Notes: a model not told the origin generated them from the sequence alone. A stretch of DNA of 63,698 bases, filler included, from Calcarisporiella thermophila CBS 279.70 (GCF_041956535.1; 6 parts of 6 records of this genome joined end to end with filler, not necessarily neighbours in it), one strand, 5' to 3'. Shown: positions 38,584 to 52,255, numbered from the whole stretch's first letter. Translations and numbers: made by a program.

Positions 38584-41292
38584 GGTGCAGGGTGTGCGGT
38601 GGGGAGAGCGCAGGAGGGGGGCGGGGGGAGGAGGGAGAGGAGCAGTGGAAAAGAGAATGAAAAAGGAAAAAGGCAGTGAGAAAGAAGTATTTATAAAAAA
38701 GGGGTAAGGAAATCTTGGAAATTTTAGAATCAAAGTAGATTCTACATTGTTTTGCATTGTTTCTGTGAAACAAGACAAAGGCTAGATGACTATAATGAGT
38801 AGCCATTCAAATTACAAAGAAAACCCAAAATTTAGATTAATATTCATCTCCCTCAATAACAAGTTTCTGCCAGCGGGGCCAATCATTTGCCGCCTGGTTT
38901 CTAATCTTGAGTGACAATGACGCTGATGACTTGCCGAGCTCGCGCATTATTATTTTTCAAACTGAGTCCTTTCTAAAGTGGGAACCCGTCTTACAAGCAG
39001 GAGCACAGGTGAAAAAAAAAAAATTGCGTTTTCCTATGGAACCTTATGCCCTCGGTGTGCTGGGGGACGGGGCGTCCGCACCCCAATCGCCGGCCCACCA
39101 GCGCGGCCTGGGCGAGGGCGAGGGCGAGGGCGAGGGGGGGGGAGAGGTTAGGGCGGCGGGCGCAAGTAGGTTAGGGGGAGGAGGGTGTGGAACCACTGAG
39201 TCGTCATCAAGCGAAGATTGTTCTGTGTTTGAATGTGGTACATTGCAAATTTAAATCGTTAATTTTCTTTTTTGGCTCTTATTTTGCCGATATTTGCAGG
39301 CGCTTACATTGCGTCTGCCCTCTCCTGCTGCTGCTGCTGCTGCTGCTCCCCGCCCTCCCACTTGCCCATCGCCTCGCCAACTTTCAGGCTGCATCGCCGA
39401 TTAGAAAAAAAAAAAAAAAAGTACTGAAAAAATTCCGTCAATCGCGCGCAGTGGAAGGCTGGCTTTATTTTCACCCACCGCGGCTCTCATTTGCTGATCC
39501 TCATCTGCTAACCATTTCTTCCATAAATAACACTGCTAAATTAATGATTGCGACAAGCCCTTCAAAATGGAAAAAAGGGGTGGCAAACCGCGTGGTGTTA
39601 TTGTAATGTTCCACTCGCATATGCTTATTCGTTTTTTTTTTTCTGTTGGGCCCCCTCTGGCCACACGAACAGCCGAGCAAGGCTGTCCAAGTCCGCAGGC
39701 CTCCGGCGTCTTGCCACGTCTCAGCCATAGGAGTTAGTAATGTGGGCTTGGGCGAGGATGATTAGTGTTCCGCTTTTCGCAAAATTGTTTTAGAGGTGTT
39801 GGAGCTCTGCACAGTGGACACCGCAACAATCAAAGCTCAGCTTTAGCCCTCGCCCTGCACCATCCCCCCTAATTTGCAACGCGACTGGCATGTCGGCCTG
39901 ACTGGCTGGGAAACCGGAAACCAAACAAGCGCGCGCCCATCCCCAAACCTTCTCTGCCGCCCCCCTCCTTGCATATCCATCAATAAGCAATCTTCGCTTT
40001 GCGTCAAGCCTTGGACGCCTCCGCCCGCCTAGAGTTCGGGCCCGTGACTATTAATAACCCCTCCTCCACGCTGCCCGCTTTCCCCAGCTTGTTCTGATGG
40101 GACTGCGCAGCAAACTCTAAGCGGGCCTGCGTGCTCCCATGGGGTGGGGGGGCCGGCTGCAAGGATGCACAAATTGCCTGCTTGGTTGGTCGGGCCACTC
40201 GCCCGCGCGGCCTCCTTCCAGAAATGACTGCCTCATGCCGAAAAGGACAAGAGCCAGGGGGCTTGGGCGCGCGCCCTAGCGCGTGCAGTTCCTCCTCCTC
40301 CCTCTGCGCGCGGTGGGACCGCCCCCATTTGCGCGGCCTTTCCTTTTCCTCCCCCTCGCCCTCAGCATGGTGAGTCCTGAGGCACCGTGAGTAAATATGC
40401 CACAAAGCTTCCTCCACCCGCCCATCCAGCTCCCACCCACTCGTCGTCTGAAACCCTCGGATTTAGTCGCTCGTGTCCCGAGCTATTCTCCGGCCCAATG
40501 ACAGGGGCCCGCGCCATTGGCTTCTCAGATGGAACAAGGTCACACCCATCCAACCGCGGGCCTTGCTCCATGCCCGCTTGCGGATTTTTTCCTAATCGGG
40601 GCGCGATAAGCCTCCTCTCCCTCTCATCCTGCAAGCACCCTTCCCCCCCCCCCCCCGCCGCCTGCTTTCACGCGCTTGGCCTGAATGCAACCGCGGTGAT
40701 TCGCATCCTCCTCAAACACCGGATCGCGCTGTGGAGCGGCTGGGTCTGGCCGGAACCTTCTCGCCTCCTTCCTTATCCTCCTAAATTGCTCCCGTCCTCC
40801 CCTCAGCATAAGCCCTCAAGATCGGATCTAACTTCCCAAAAAGGCTATGGCTCGCAGGCTTTTTTTGTTTTCTTCTCTCTCTTGCCGAAATGGCAGGAAA
40901 TTCTTGGTCAAACCTGAGACACCCCTCTCTTTAGTCACCGCCCCATATGAAATTCCGATCTTCGCACATCCCATTGTTTTGCATAAGAGACGACTTGATA
41001 GCAAGCGAATATGGGCAAGATCGCGTCGATGGCTTTCCCATCCTGTTTCTCCAGACCCGGCAGAGAGAGTCAGGTGGGCAATGCCTCCTATCCCTCCGAA
41101 ACAGGCCATCACCCTAGCACGTCGTTCGATCTGCGAGGATGGGAAAGCTGACTTGCAATAGCTTGCGGCCTTGTCGCGGTGTGACATAGGCAGCTGGGAC
41201 ACGTCACCACGATGCTGTGCCTCCTATCGCCGCGGAGTAAAATGGTGCAACCAAGCTTCATTTGCGGCTTGGGGGGGCGGGCCTATACTGAT

Positions 41293-41983
41293 TAGTGTTG
41301 AGAATTTGTGTTTTATTTTTCCGACAAAGCTGTCGGATATGTCGGATATTTTTGAAATTTCGTGTTTTATGTGTTTTATTTTTTTCCAAAATAATCCTTA
41401 GTTTCACCTCTTTACGCGAAAAAGAAATGCGTCTCCTCATTTTTTTAAAAAACCTTTCCTTTTCACATGAGAACAATCATTTCACTTTCTTATGGTATTA
41501 GTTTTTATTTAATTTTAAAGCTCGACTTTCATGTCGTTTACTTTGTTGGATTTAGTTGAAAATGAGTCGTAAAAAAAGCACTCTCTGGGAATACGTCGAT
41601 ACAATTAAACAGAAACAACAATATTCACTTGTCCGTTGTAATAACTGTGGGATAACATTTTGGACGAATGGTGCGAACAGAATCAGAATGCATTTGTCCA
41701 GATGCCTGCAAACCGATCTTAATGACAACACTCCCGAGTTAGCAAACTCGGATATAATGCCGTCTACTTCAACCTCACAGACCATAATTCCAGAAAAGCA
41801 TAAGCATGTGTTAACGGGGGATATCGAGGAAAGTATAACTGAGATTGGCGAGTTGCTCGCAAAAGCTTTCTTTTCTGGAGGTGTGCCGTTCAATTTTATT
41901 GAAAATGATTATTTTCAACAATTTTTGAGCCGAGTATGCCCTAGCTGCAACATTATTTCACGCTATCGGCTTGCAAATCCGCT
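41293..41983 (+). mobile_element. hAT-like transposon 5' part with BED zinc finger, cut by gap
   Basis: W..VRCNNC..RIRMHLSRC (BED finger) followed by AFFSGGVPFNFIENDYF; candidate TIR TAGTGTTG at about 41293. Confidence 0.7.
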
Positions 41984-42083
41984 NNNNNNNNNNNNNNNNN
42001 NNNNNNNNNNNNNNNNNNNNNNNNNNNTTAATTAATTAANNNNNNNNNNNNNNNNNNNNNNNNNNNNNNNNNNNNNNNNNNNN

Positions 42084-43314
42084 AAATCCAAAAAATAAAT
42101 TCAGGAAGCGCGACCTTTCTTATCAATAGAGGAAGGATTGAATGCAGATCACTCCGGCGACAAGCCTTTTTGGAGCGAAGATACTCTGCGCAACCCACGG
42201 AAAGGCTAAAAAGAGCATGCGAACGTCGCTATATCGATTTTTCCTTACAATGGGAACATGAATACCTTATCCTGCCCCCCAACCTAGTAGAGAAAATCAC
42301 GAAATGTTCTGCCATACCCCAACAACATCCGTCTCCTCGCTTCCCACTTCACCTCTGTCACCTGGCTGGCGCGCCCGTCCTGGAATACTCCACCCGACAG
42401 GAAGGCACTTCCAGCGAAATGGCTCTCCGGAATCAAAAATGCTGACGCCCCAACCCTGGCCAGAGGTTGCATCCACGGCAAAGGAATGGGAAAGGCTCTG
42501 GACCTCCATCCAAAAACGGCCAATCCTCCCAAAACACCGCACACTACGTTGGCGAATCCTCGTAGAGCGTGTAATTACAAACTCGACATTCCCTGGTCAT
42601 GACCCGAAATGTACCCGCTGTAACGCTCCGAGGAACACCATCCGTCACACCTTCTTCGAATCTCCCGAACTCACACCAGTGTGACATTGGACGGAGAGGT
42701 GTATCAACACTATCTCAGGCCCCCTAAACACTCAGTTGCTGAACCCCAGGAATCTCGTACTTGGTAACCTACCGGAAGCCCCGAGGACAGTAAGACACGC
42801 GGCTCAAATCGTCTTCGATTCGGTGTTATGGCAAATCCATCGGGATCGCATTGCCTTTCATTTTGAAAATACTCGAGCCTCATCCGAAACCATCATCAAT
42901 CGGGCTAAGCTGGATATTGAGGAGGCTATAGGAGCCGAACTAACAAGAGCCCGAATAAAGTGACAAATTTAACAGTTCTGAAGCAGGTGGTGTAAAATGG
43001 GCGCGGTGAAAGAAGGAGCTAATAGAGCGGCTCTAGAACTGGAATGACGCAGTAGCCCCCACTACTAGCCCTTTTCTTTCTTCATATCTCTCTCTCCATA
43101 TCACCTATAAAGTCGTTCCCTAATACCCACAGTTAGTTGAGCTTTATTTCTCATCTACCCATTCGAGGAGAAAATTTTTCATGATCAAATTATCCCGAAG
43201 TGCAATACCGCGCTAATATCTAGCTTTTCTCTCATTTTATTAATTTTAATAATGTAACGATTGTATTTTAGGGTCTTATTAAACAATAAAGACTCGCTTT
43301 TGATCAAAAAAAAA
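42084..43314 (+). mobile_element. 3' end of an L1-like LINE (zf-RVT region, in-frame stops, poly-A tail)
   Basis: WERLW..PKHRTLRWRIL..CTRC..TIRHTFF..LWQIHRDR; AATAAA followed by an A-tail at about 43286-43314. Confidence 0.8.
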
Positions 43315-43359
43315 GTACTCGGGAATCCCTAAAATACGATACAATACGACTATGCCGAA

Positions 43360-43590
43360 TACCCTGTCACCCGTATTCTACTCCTTCAAAACACCGCATG
43401 CTCTGCTGGCGAACTCTTGCCGAGCGTGTGATTACTAACTCAATATATCTTAGTCACGACCCGAGGTGTACTCGCTTTAACGCCTCGAAGGTCACGAGCC
43501 ACCACGCCTTTTTCGAATATTCTAAACTCACAACGGTGTGACAGTAGGCAGAGAGGTGTATTTACAACATCACAGGTCCCCTGAACACAT
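43360..43590 (+). mobile_element. Older degenerate copy of the same LINE zf-RVT region
   Basis: Translates to KHRMLCWRTLAERVITNSIYLSHDPRCTR..HAFFE, paralleling 42530-42730. Confidence 0.65.
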
Positions 43591-45456
43591 AGAAGGAGAT
43601 CTGCATCCCAACCCAAAGAGCCGCCACTTCCAACCCTCCCGCACTCTTCACTGACGAAATCTATTAGAGCATGATCACCAAAATGAGGTGCACTGACCAT
43701 GGCTCGAAGTTTCTCGCTAACCTCAAGCGAAGCATTTTGATAGTTATCTTATGCACAAAAAATATTCATGGGGAAAACACCATGAAGCGGATGTAAGCAT
43801 AAAGCAGTGCGTGCGCTTCTTTATGATATATTAACTTTTCACTTTTAAAATCGATAGAGAAAATATTTTTTTTTCCACATTTGTATCATGCATAACAACT
43901 GACCAGAGGTACAACCAGTACTTAAAGCAGTTGAAGAAGCAGACAAGAATGAAGGGAGATAAATTTTTTTAGGAATGAATAATCGGAATGCTAATATATG
44001 CATAGCAAATATGTATTCAACTTCGTTAATCCTGCAAGCATACAAAAATACCTCCGTATTGCTCGAGAATTTGAAGTTAACTGTTCATTGCTATGGCTCA
44101 AATGGCACTTGACGAACCTTTAATACAATTCTCGGAGAGCCATGAGATATAGTAATTTCTAGATGACGTAACAAGATTAGGGGCACTTATTTCGATGAGA
44201 TGAGACATTTTACTTCTCAAGCGAATTCACGTTAACTAATATCCTTCTTACCAAACATGGGCTATTGCGTTCGGTGAGCTGATTTGATAGAAAAATTCCA
44301 ATTCTAAAATTTCTGAGCTTGGCAAATTTAAAGATCTGATCCTTGCTTGTGTTGAATACAAAGGAGGCTTAGTCCAATTTCTTGTACTTCCTGTCGAAAA
44401 CTCATTCTAAATTAGAATAGGCTGCTTACCGTGTAATTGTTGAATAGCAAGAGAGTAGTAGTATCGGATTGTTTCCGAGTCGAGCTGTCGTCTGGATTGT
44501 GGCTCTTCGGAGATTGGCCGTACTACTTTTCTTTTACCAATTACTATGCCTGTAGCTGGTTTGCATAGAAAATGTGCTTGTTGGTGACGAGGGAGGGTCC
44601 ATAGAAAGCAGGGGCATGCGCTCGCCAATTTGCGCCTGCGCAGTTGAAAGCGGTAAAGCGAAGGGGAAGTTGGGCAAAAAAGGGTGGAGCGTGCTCCACA
44701 CACGAGTCATTAATACGCTCGGATATATACAATCGACATATATGGCTTTATGCGTTATATGCCCAAACCGAAGGATTGCACCAATCACCACGATATTAAT
44801 ATGGAAAGAAAGAATAGGGTTGAGTCACCCCGCCTAGTTTTTCCGCGTCTAAACTGGATTTTCCTCTGCGGTTAGTAAATCGGTCCCATTTCCGAAAATT
44901 GGCCAACCTTTGCTCAGTCTTCCGGCCAATCGCACGAGAGGGAACCTTCTAAATTAAGTTTGCCTTTTGCGCACGCTTGCGAATCGGAGGCGGTTGCGTG
45001 TTGCTGGAGGGCAAGGGAACAATAGAAAGCGAGCGGCTGGCCCTTGCTCCCAGCTGGGGGGATTAGCGAAGCAGGTTAGGATCGCAGCGCGCAAGGCCGC
45101 GGATGCCGCGTCGCTCTGCCTTGGACCCTCTTTCCCTCGTAATAGCCGCCCGGGTGATGCGCTTAAATCTAATTTTGTCAAGTAAAATCCGTGGCGTGGA
45201 TCGGAGGGAACATGTAAGAGTGACGGTTTCTCCGAACAATTCCCTTTCTTGGCTCGACTAATAAATACCAGCTTTCTCGACCTCTTTACCTAACATCGCC
45301 TTTCAAGTCCGCAATCACAGCCCTTTTCTCACTATTCTTTACCTCATTCCAACTCAATTCCATCTTACTCGCTTCTCATTCCATCTGTAGGTTCATCGCT
45401 AAGAACCCTACACCATTTGATTTACACATTGCTTTGCCCTATAGCTGTGCCTGAGA

Positions 45457-48400
45457 ATGAATATAAATGAGAAGAACGATATAAGCGTTGATGTGAAAGG
45501 CGATGAGAAGAACGAGCATCCTAGAGATACAGAGTTAGAAAAAGCAAAAAAAGGCGGGCTATTCCAGCTTTTTAGCAAGAAAAAAGATGATGCTAAAGAT
45601 GCCAAGCCGGAAAAAGAGACGTTAGAAAAAGTGCCTTATATTAAGTTGTATCGATACGCAACGTGGCTCGATATTCTGCTAGTCTTGTGAGTACAAAATC
45701 CCCACTATATTGCTAGTTCTATTTTACGACTTTCAGTACTTATTTGTATCACTTTATTATAAGCCTCGGAATCATTTGCAGTATTGCTGCCGGTATTGCC
45801 CAGCCACTGATGGGTATTTCGTTCGGTCGCATTATTGGAGGCTTTACGATATCGGGTGCCACTTCGCTCGACCAGGCTTACCCCACCCTAATGGAGGGTG
45901 TTCTGATGTTTGTTTGGTTCGGAATTGGATTAACGGTCTCAACTTACGGCTCAATGTGCTTCTGGACATTGGCAGGAGAGTACCAAACAAAGGTAAATTA
46001 ATCGATTGCCATATTGCTATAGTCCTTTTATCATTGAACGATCCTGTATCCCAATATGAAAAATTAGCGCATTCGAGAACTTTACCTACACGCAGTCCTT
46101 CGCCAAGATCAAACCTGGTTTGACACTATTGAATCGGAATCGCTTACATCGCGACTAGCCGCAGACACGTTCCTTATTCAAGAAGGCCTTTCAGACAAAG
46201 TTGGCCTCGCTATCCAATATATCTCCATGTTCATTTCCGGATTTATTATTGCATTCGTGTTTAGCTGGCGTCTGACCCTAGTACTCCTAGCGGTGGTTCC
46301 CCTTTTGGCACTGTGCGGATTTTTACTCACAAAATTGGTATCAGCTGGAACCAAGGATGGTCAGGATGCATACTCGGGTGCAGGTGCGATCATGGAACAG
46401 GCAGTTTCGGGTATTCGCACGGTCGCTGCCTTCTCTTTGCAATCTCGCTTCATTAAACAGTATGAGGATAAAATTGAAGCTGCTTTTAAGGCAGGCAGGA
46501 AGAAAGCAATTGGCTCAGGTACTATTTTGTTAATATATGTTTAACCTCAAAATGCCGGCAAATTCATATCTCCTCTCTTTATACTAGGCTTTTCCCTGGG
46601 GCTTACCTTCCTAATTCTCTTTGGGGCATATGGGCTTGGCTTTTGGTATGGCGCGAATCTGGTGTCTCAGCAAATTATGAAGGGAGCTGAAGTCCTACAA
46701 ACATTTTTTGCGGTTATTATTGGCGCATTTTCCTTAGGGTAACTTTCTTTATCTATGCGCACATACAATGTTATACTGAGCACTTAACAACTTAAACCAT
46801 AGACAACTCCCTCCAAATCTCAAGTCAATGGTGGAAGCGCAAGTCGCAGCATACAAGATCTTTAAAACAATTGATCGTATTCCCGATATTGATTCTTCTA
46901 CAAAGTCCCTAAAGAAAGGTTTAGAGCCCCCTGTGTGCAACGGAAATATCACTCTTCGCAATGTACGCTTCAGCTATCCCTCGCGAAAAGAGGTTCCAAT
47001 TTTGCAAGGTATCAACCTCGAGATACCTAGTGGGAAGACAGTGGCCCTTGTGGGTGCCTCGGGAAGTGGTAAATCGACCATCATTCAGCTTGTTCAGCGT
47101 TTCTATGATCCATCGGAAGGGGAGGTGTTAATAGATGGGGTATCACTTAAGGAGCTAAATGTTCGGTGGTTACGATCGCAAATTGGTCTGGTTGGGTAGA
47201 TATTAGCTTATTTCCAGTATACTATTCGTGAATGTATTATTTTGATATTAATTGGCGAAATGAATATTAACGTTTCTAGGCAGGAGCCCGTTCTTTTTAA
47301 CGATACGATCCGCAACAACATCGTGCTTGGCGCAGTTAATCGCAATCCAACCGAAGAAGAAATCATTGAAGCCTGTAAGCAAGCGAATTGTCATGACCTA
47401 ATAAAGAAGCTTCCAAAAGGATACGATACCCTGGTTGGCGAGAAAGGCTCACAGCTCTCCGGTGGTCAGAAACAGCGTATTGCAATCGCACGAGCACTGA
47501 TTCGCAACCCCTCCATCCTCCTTCTCGATGAGGCGACTTCTGCACTTGATACTTATTCCGAACGTCTTGTACAAAGCGCCTTAAAGACGGCCTCTCGCAA
47601 TCGTAGTACTATTGTGGTTGCACACCGCCTCTCAACAATTCGTGATGCTGATCTGATTGTTGTGATGGATAAGGGAAGAGTCGTCGAACAAGGCACTCAT
47701 GAGGATCTGCTTGCAAAACAGGGCGCCTATTATCGTTATGTTATGGAGCAGCAGCTCAAGACTGAAAGCGATGTAGAATCAATAGACTCGGAAACTATGG
47801 GTGAAACCGATCTAGAAGAGAAAGCGCTCATCGAAACGGAGAATCCTCCTCAGCTGAAAAAAGTGCTAAGCTTTGCGCGACAGTTAACTGGACGTAGTTC
47901 AAAGGAAAATGACGCAGCCATGGCCAGGGCTCAAGGGGGAGATACTGACGTGGCTGTAGAAACTAAGCCAGTGTTACGCATTATTAGGATGATGAGACCA
48001 GAATGGGGATTGATGACCATATCTTTTATTGGGAGTGCGTTGGGTGGTGCGGTATGTATTGTTTGCTTATACAACTTATACGAGACTTATCCTTTAACAC
48101 TGACATGGGAATATTCTATATTTTTATTTCCACAGATTTTCCCATCTTTCTCCTTGATGTTTGCAAAACTTATTAATGTACTCGCCAATCCTCAAGTCCA
48201 AGAGGTCGAAGAAAAATCAAGACTATGGTCTATCCTCTTCGTAGTAATTGGTGTGGGGTCTTTTGTTAGTTTTGTTTTGAAGGATGGACTTATGTTATAT
48301 TGTGGAGAACGTCTTGTCAAAAGAGTGCGCTCTATTTGCTTCCGCAACATCATGAGCCAAGAGATGGCTTTCTTCGATAAACCAGAGCATTCTACCGGAG

Positions 48401-49965
48401 CTTTGACAGCCCGTCTTGCTAAAGAGGCCACTCAAATGCATGAATTGCCTGAGGCTCTTTTCATGAATGCTGGACAGACTATTGTCACTATCGCTATGGG
48501 TCTTGGCATCGCATTTTCAAGTTCATGGAAGCTGACTCTGGTGCTGGTGGCTACTGTGCCAGTTCTTGCGTTGGCGGGAGTTTTTGAAATGAAGGCGCTT
48601 GAAGGGTTAGTGACTTGTTTATTTCGGAAGTCATTATAGCCAGAATATCCAACTTATGCTCTATTTATATTGACAGATTTTCTGGTAAAACGAAGAAAGG
48701 CTACGAGAAATCTGGGCAGGTTGCTGGGGAAGCCATTCGGGAAATTCGTACGGTCGCTTCCCTTGGCATTGAGGATGTTTTCGAAAGCAAATATATCGAA
48801 GCCAACAAGGGTCCCCACCGGGCTTCTCTCCAGAAAGCTTACCTCGCTTCCATTGGATATGGAATGTCACAAGGTAATGATCCGTCTATGATACGATATG
48901 ATAATAGTAGTTTCGGCAATTTTTTACTAATGTTCTTGACGTCCTATTCAAGGATTCCAATTCTTCGTATTCGCACTTGGATTTTATGTTGGAATTCAAT
49001 TTGTTAGGGCGGGTGAAATTTCCATTGAACAAGTCTTCACCTCGATGTTTGCTGTCGTGTTTACTGCCGTGGGTCTCGGACATCTCTCAGCCTCACTTCC
49101 CAAAGTCGTCAAGGCTCGTCAAGCCGCCATTAACATTTTCGAGCTGATGGACAAGTGCACAACCATCGACCCAGATGCTGACGGAGACTTGTCAGGACCT
49201 GCTCCGCGAACCGCGTGCCTAAAGAACGCAGCTTTCTCCTATCCGTCAAGGCCAGATGCAACTATTTTCGATGGAGTATCGTTGAATATAAATGGAAATC
49301 AAAAAGTCGCTCTAGTTGGACCATCTGGTTGCGGAAAATCGACTGTTATCGCGTTACTAATGCGGTGGTATGACACTATCTCTGGGGAGGCACAGATTGA
49401 GGGAACTAATGTTCGCAAGTGGCAGCTTGGGGCTATGCGTCGGCGCATTGCACTTGTCGGCCAGGAACCTGTTCTCTTCGATATGACTATAAGAGAAAAC
49501 ATTGAGTATGGACGTGAAGAGGGTGAAGCTGTGACCCAGGAAGAAATCGAAGACGTTGCAAAGCGAGCAAATATTCACAACTTTGTTGCCAATCTACCAA
49601 ATGGATATCATACAAGAGTGGGCGACAAAGGTTCACAGCTGTCGGGTGGTCAGAAACAGCGTATCGCTATTGCTCGTGCTCTTATTCGTAATCCCGAGAT
49701 ACTACTGCTAGATGAAGCGACTTCAGCACTTGATTCGGAATCGGAGAAATTAGTACAAGAAGCTCTAGATAATGCCATGGTTGGACGCACCACCGTCGCA
49801 ATCGCACATCGTTTATCGTCAATTCAAGATTCAGATGTGATCGTTGTGTTCAAAGACGGAAAAATCGTCGAGCAAGGAAAGCATTTGGAGTTGATTGCTC
49901 TTGGTGGAGTATACAGCGAATTAGTCAAGCAGCAAGATTTGGATGCTGGAGTCAATCACGCATAG
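45457..49965 (+). CDS. Full-length ABCB (MDR/P-glycoprotein) exporter (multi-exon)
   Basis: TMD-NBD-TMD-NBD layout; Walker A GASGSGKS and GPSGCGKS; LSGGQKQRIAIARA and LLLDEATSALD each occur twice. Confidence 0.95.
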
Positions 49966-50339
49966 TATACTTTATTCTTTCCTTAAAAGCATATATTTTC
50001 TTTTAACTCGGTATCTATTTACTTTCGTTATTCTCCCCATCCTTTGTTATACAGTTTACGCTTAAACTTATTTATTCTTTCCCTTTGTATCTAGTACAGA
50101 ATCAGGTCCTAGTGTAATATGGATTGATTGTGTACAAATAGATTAATGAGTACGCCTTTCTCTAATGCAACATATATATGTAGCTTAGTCTACACTGAAT
50201 GCATGCATTTTACTTCTCCATATACATATTAGCTCAATAAATAAATCATATATTGGATAGGTTAACGTTGTTCAAGAGGTAAAAATAGTCAAGCTGCACA
50301 TATGAACCACCCAATTTTGTTCAAGAGAAATTGGATTTG

Positions 50340-51060
50340 CAATGTGTTTCTTTCTTGATTTATTAGTGTGTTTACCTGGTTGCCGGCCTGTCTAGCTTTG
50401 ATTAGTCTGTGGAAGTAGCGGGTCGACCTTTCTCCTTGCTCTGTCCATCTAGCCCGGGTTCTAATTTTTTTGACTCTATCTGCTGATTTAGGATATCTCT
50501 TTGCTCTTCTAATATCCCCTCCCGCTCCCTTTCTCTTTCTGGGTCAAAGGGTGGGGTTAATGTGTCTAATTTTTTGAGTCTCTTACCTAAGGGTTTCATT
50601 CGCCTGTCAGTGTATTTCTTCCGAATGGTTGCGTAGGAGGTTGAGAAGGCTTTGAATTCCAGTTTGGCATTTTCCCAGAAGGCCACTGGGTCCTGTTCGA
50701 GTTGTCGAGCCTCATATTGAAGATCTTGCCAGAGAGTTTCTATTCCTTTTTTATAGTCTTCTTCCGCCAGTAGGGCAGTATTTAGTTTCCATACTCCCGC
50801 TCCTTGTTTTTGTTTTGGGGCAAATCGTATCGTTGATATTAGTGCTCGATGGTCAGTCTGGATTGGAGTAGACCTAGTGTGGGTATCGTCAGCAAGGGGG
50901 ATGATATCTGGAGTGATGTAAGCATGATCAAGTCTCGTAAGAGTCAGACGATTTACTATACTCCTATTGAAGGTGAATTGATCGGCTTTATTGAAATGTA
51001 TCCTATCCTGTTAAATGATAGGGTAGCTTCTACTTCAAATCACCGAGGTAATGCTCCTGG
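50340..51060 (-). mobile_element. Degenerate LINE ORF2 fragment (endonuclease end and linker)
   Basis: Minus frames read TRLDHAY..TDHRAL..GAGVWKLNTALL..FWENAK..ARWTEQGERSTRYFH, with frameshifts. Confidence 0.7.
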
Positions 51061-51900
51061 CTACCTTGAAGGATCTGGAAGATAAAAGGAAAAGAAAGAT
51101 AGAAAAAAAAAGATATGTTTGTAAGAGGAAGAAAGAAAAGGTGAAGAGGAAAAAGCTGGGAAAGTATGGAAATAGAATTAGCTTAATAAAGAAAGGGAAA
51201 GGAATAAATGTGAGAGGGAGGGATAAACAGTTGTGTGCAACGGTATTAAGATAAGTTGCTTATGTACATGAAATAATGAAGAAAAGGAAAGGATTAAAAA
51301 GTAAAAGAAAGAAGAAAAGAAAAAAAAAAGGGGAAAAGAGCGATAGAGGAAATGGTATTAATATACAGCGGTGTGAGGATCTCCAGTCCACTTGCTAGTG
51401 ATGATTCCGGTAACTATTTTGTGCTTCATAAGTCTCCAGCGAAGAGTTCTGTGCTTGGGTTCTGACGGACGACTTTTCCACCTGGCCCACGCCTTTATCC
51501 ACTGTCAACGTCACAGGAAACGTCTTTCCATTCCTCGGTGATTATGGTTGACGCATTCTGCTTGTATAGTCTCCCAGCTTTGGTGGTGTAAGCGATGATC
51601 TCAATCCCTGCAATAGAACATTTTGTTAAAGGAAAATTGTGTTTGTTACCGACAAGGGGGATTCGCTGTGTGAGAGTCTTGGTGAGTCGTTCGTCTAGGC
51701 GGAGCAGCTTTCTCCTCCACAGTAGGTGAAGATCGAGATAATGTTCTCTGAATTCCCTTTAGAATCTGTCAGGGTTCCTTGCGACTAGGGCGTGCACCTC
51801 GGGTTCGATCATCGGTTGGTAGGAAAGTGGTAGTTTGTCAAGTCCTTCGGGACCTCTGATACGACGAAAGTTGTAGTGAATTGTCTATGTGACTGCCCCT
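51060..51900 (-). mobile_element. 5'-truncated LINE 3' fragment with pyrimidine-rich 3' UTR
   Basis: Minus frame AWARWKSRPSEPKHRTLRWRLMKHKIVTG is homologous to the LINE at 42.5 kb. Confidence 0.65.
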
Positions 51901-51952
51901 GTGACTTTTCAGTACAAAAATCAATTTTCTCGTAACAATCCAGAATCTGAAA

Positions 51953-52023
51953 GCATGGTTGGTTTAGTGGTATAATTGCCGCCTGCCACGCGGCAGACCC
52001 GGGTTCGATTCCCGGACCATGCA
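51953..52023 (+). tRNA. tRNA-Gly(GCC)
   Basis: Acceptor GCATGGT/ACCATGC, anticodon arm GCCGC-CTGCCAC-GCGGC, GGTTCGATTCC. Confidence 0.95.
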
Positions 52024-52173
52024 TTAAGTAATCAGTTTTTTATAATTGTGGTTAATAATTAAACTACTCAACTATCAATCTTGCATTTTTTGTATCAAAA
52101 TATTGACAAAGCGTCAGGATAATAAATAGTAAAAAATTCAATAGCTAATTTTAACTAGAATTAGAAAAAAAAC

Positions 52174-52255
52174 TGACGAGAGTGGGATTCGAACCCACGC
52201 CTCCGAAGAGATCACGGCCTTAACGTGACGCCTTAGACCGCTCGGCCATCTCGCC
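52174..52255 (-). tRNA. tRNA-Leu(AAG)
   Basis: GGCGAGATGGCCGAGCGGTCTAAGGCG-TCACG-TTAAGGC-CGTGA, long variable arm, GGTTCGAATCC. Confidence 0.95.

Noticed and set aside
37472-38707. Long overlapping ORFs on both strands of the cyclin gene
   Set aside because: Shadow frames of a very GC-rich CDS; low-complexity Arg/Pro/Gly translations without motifs.
39700-41250. Several 60-176 aa ORFs upstream of the cyclin
   Set aside because: No recognisable motifs or splice structure; probably GC-rich regulatory DNA.
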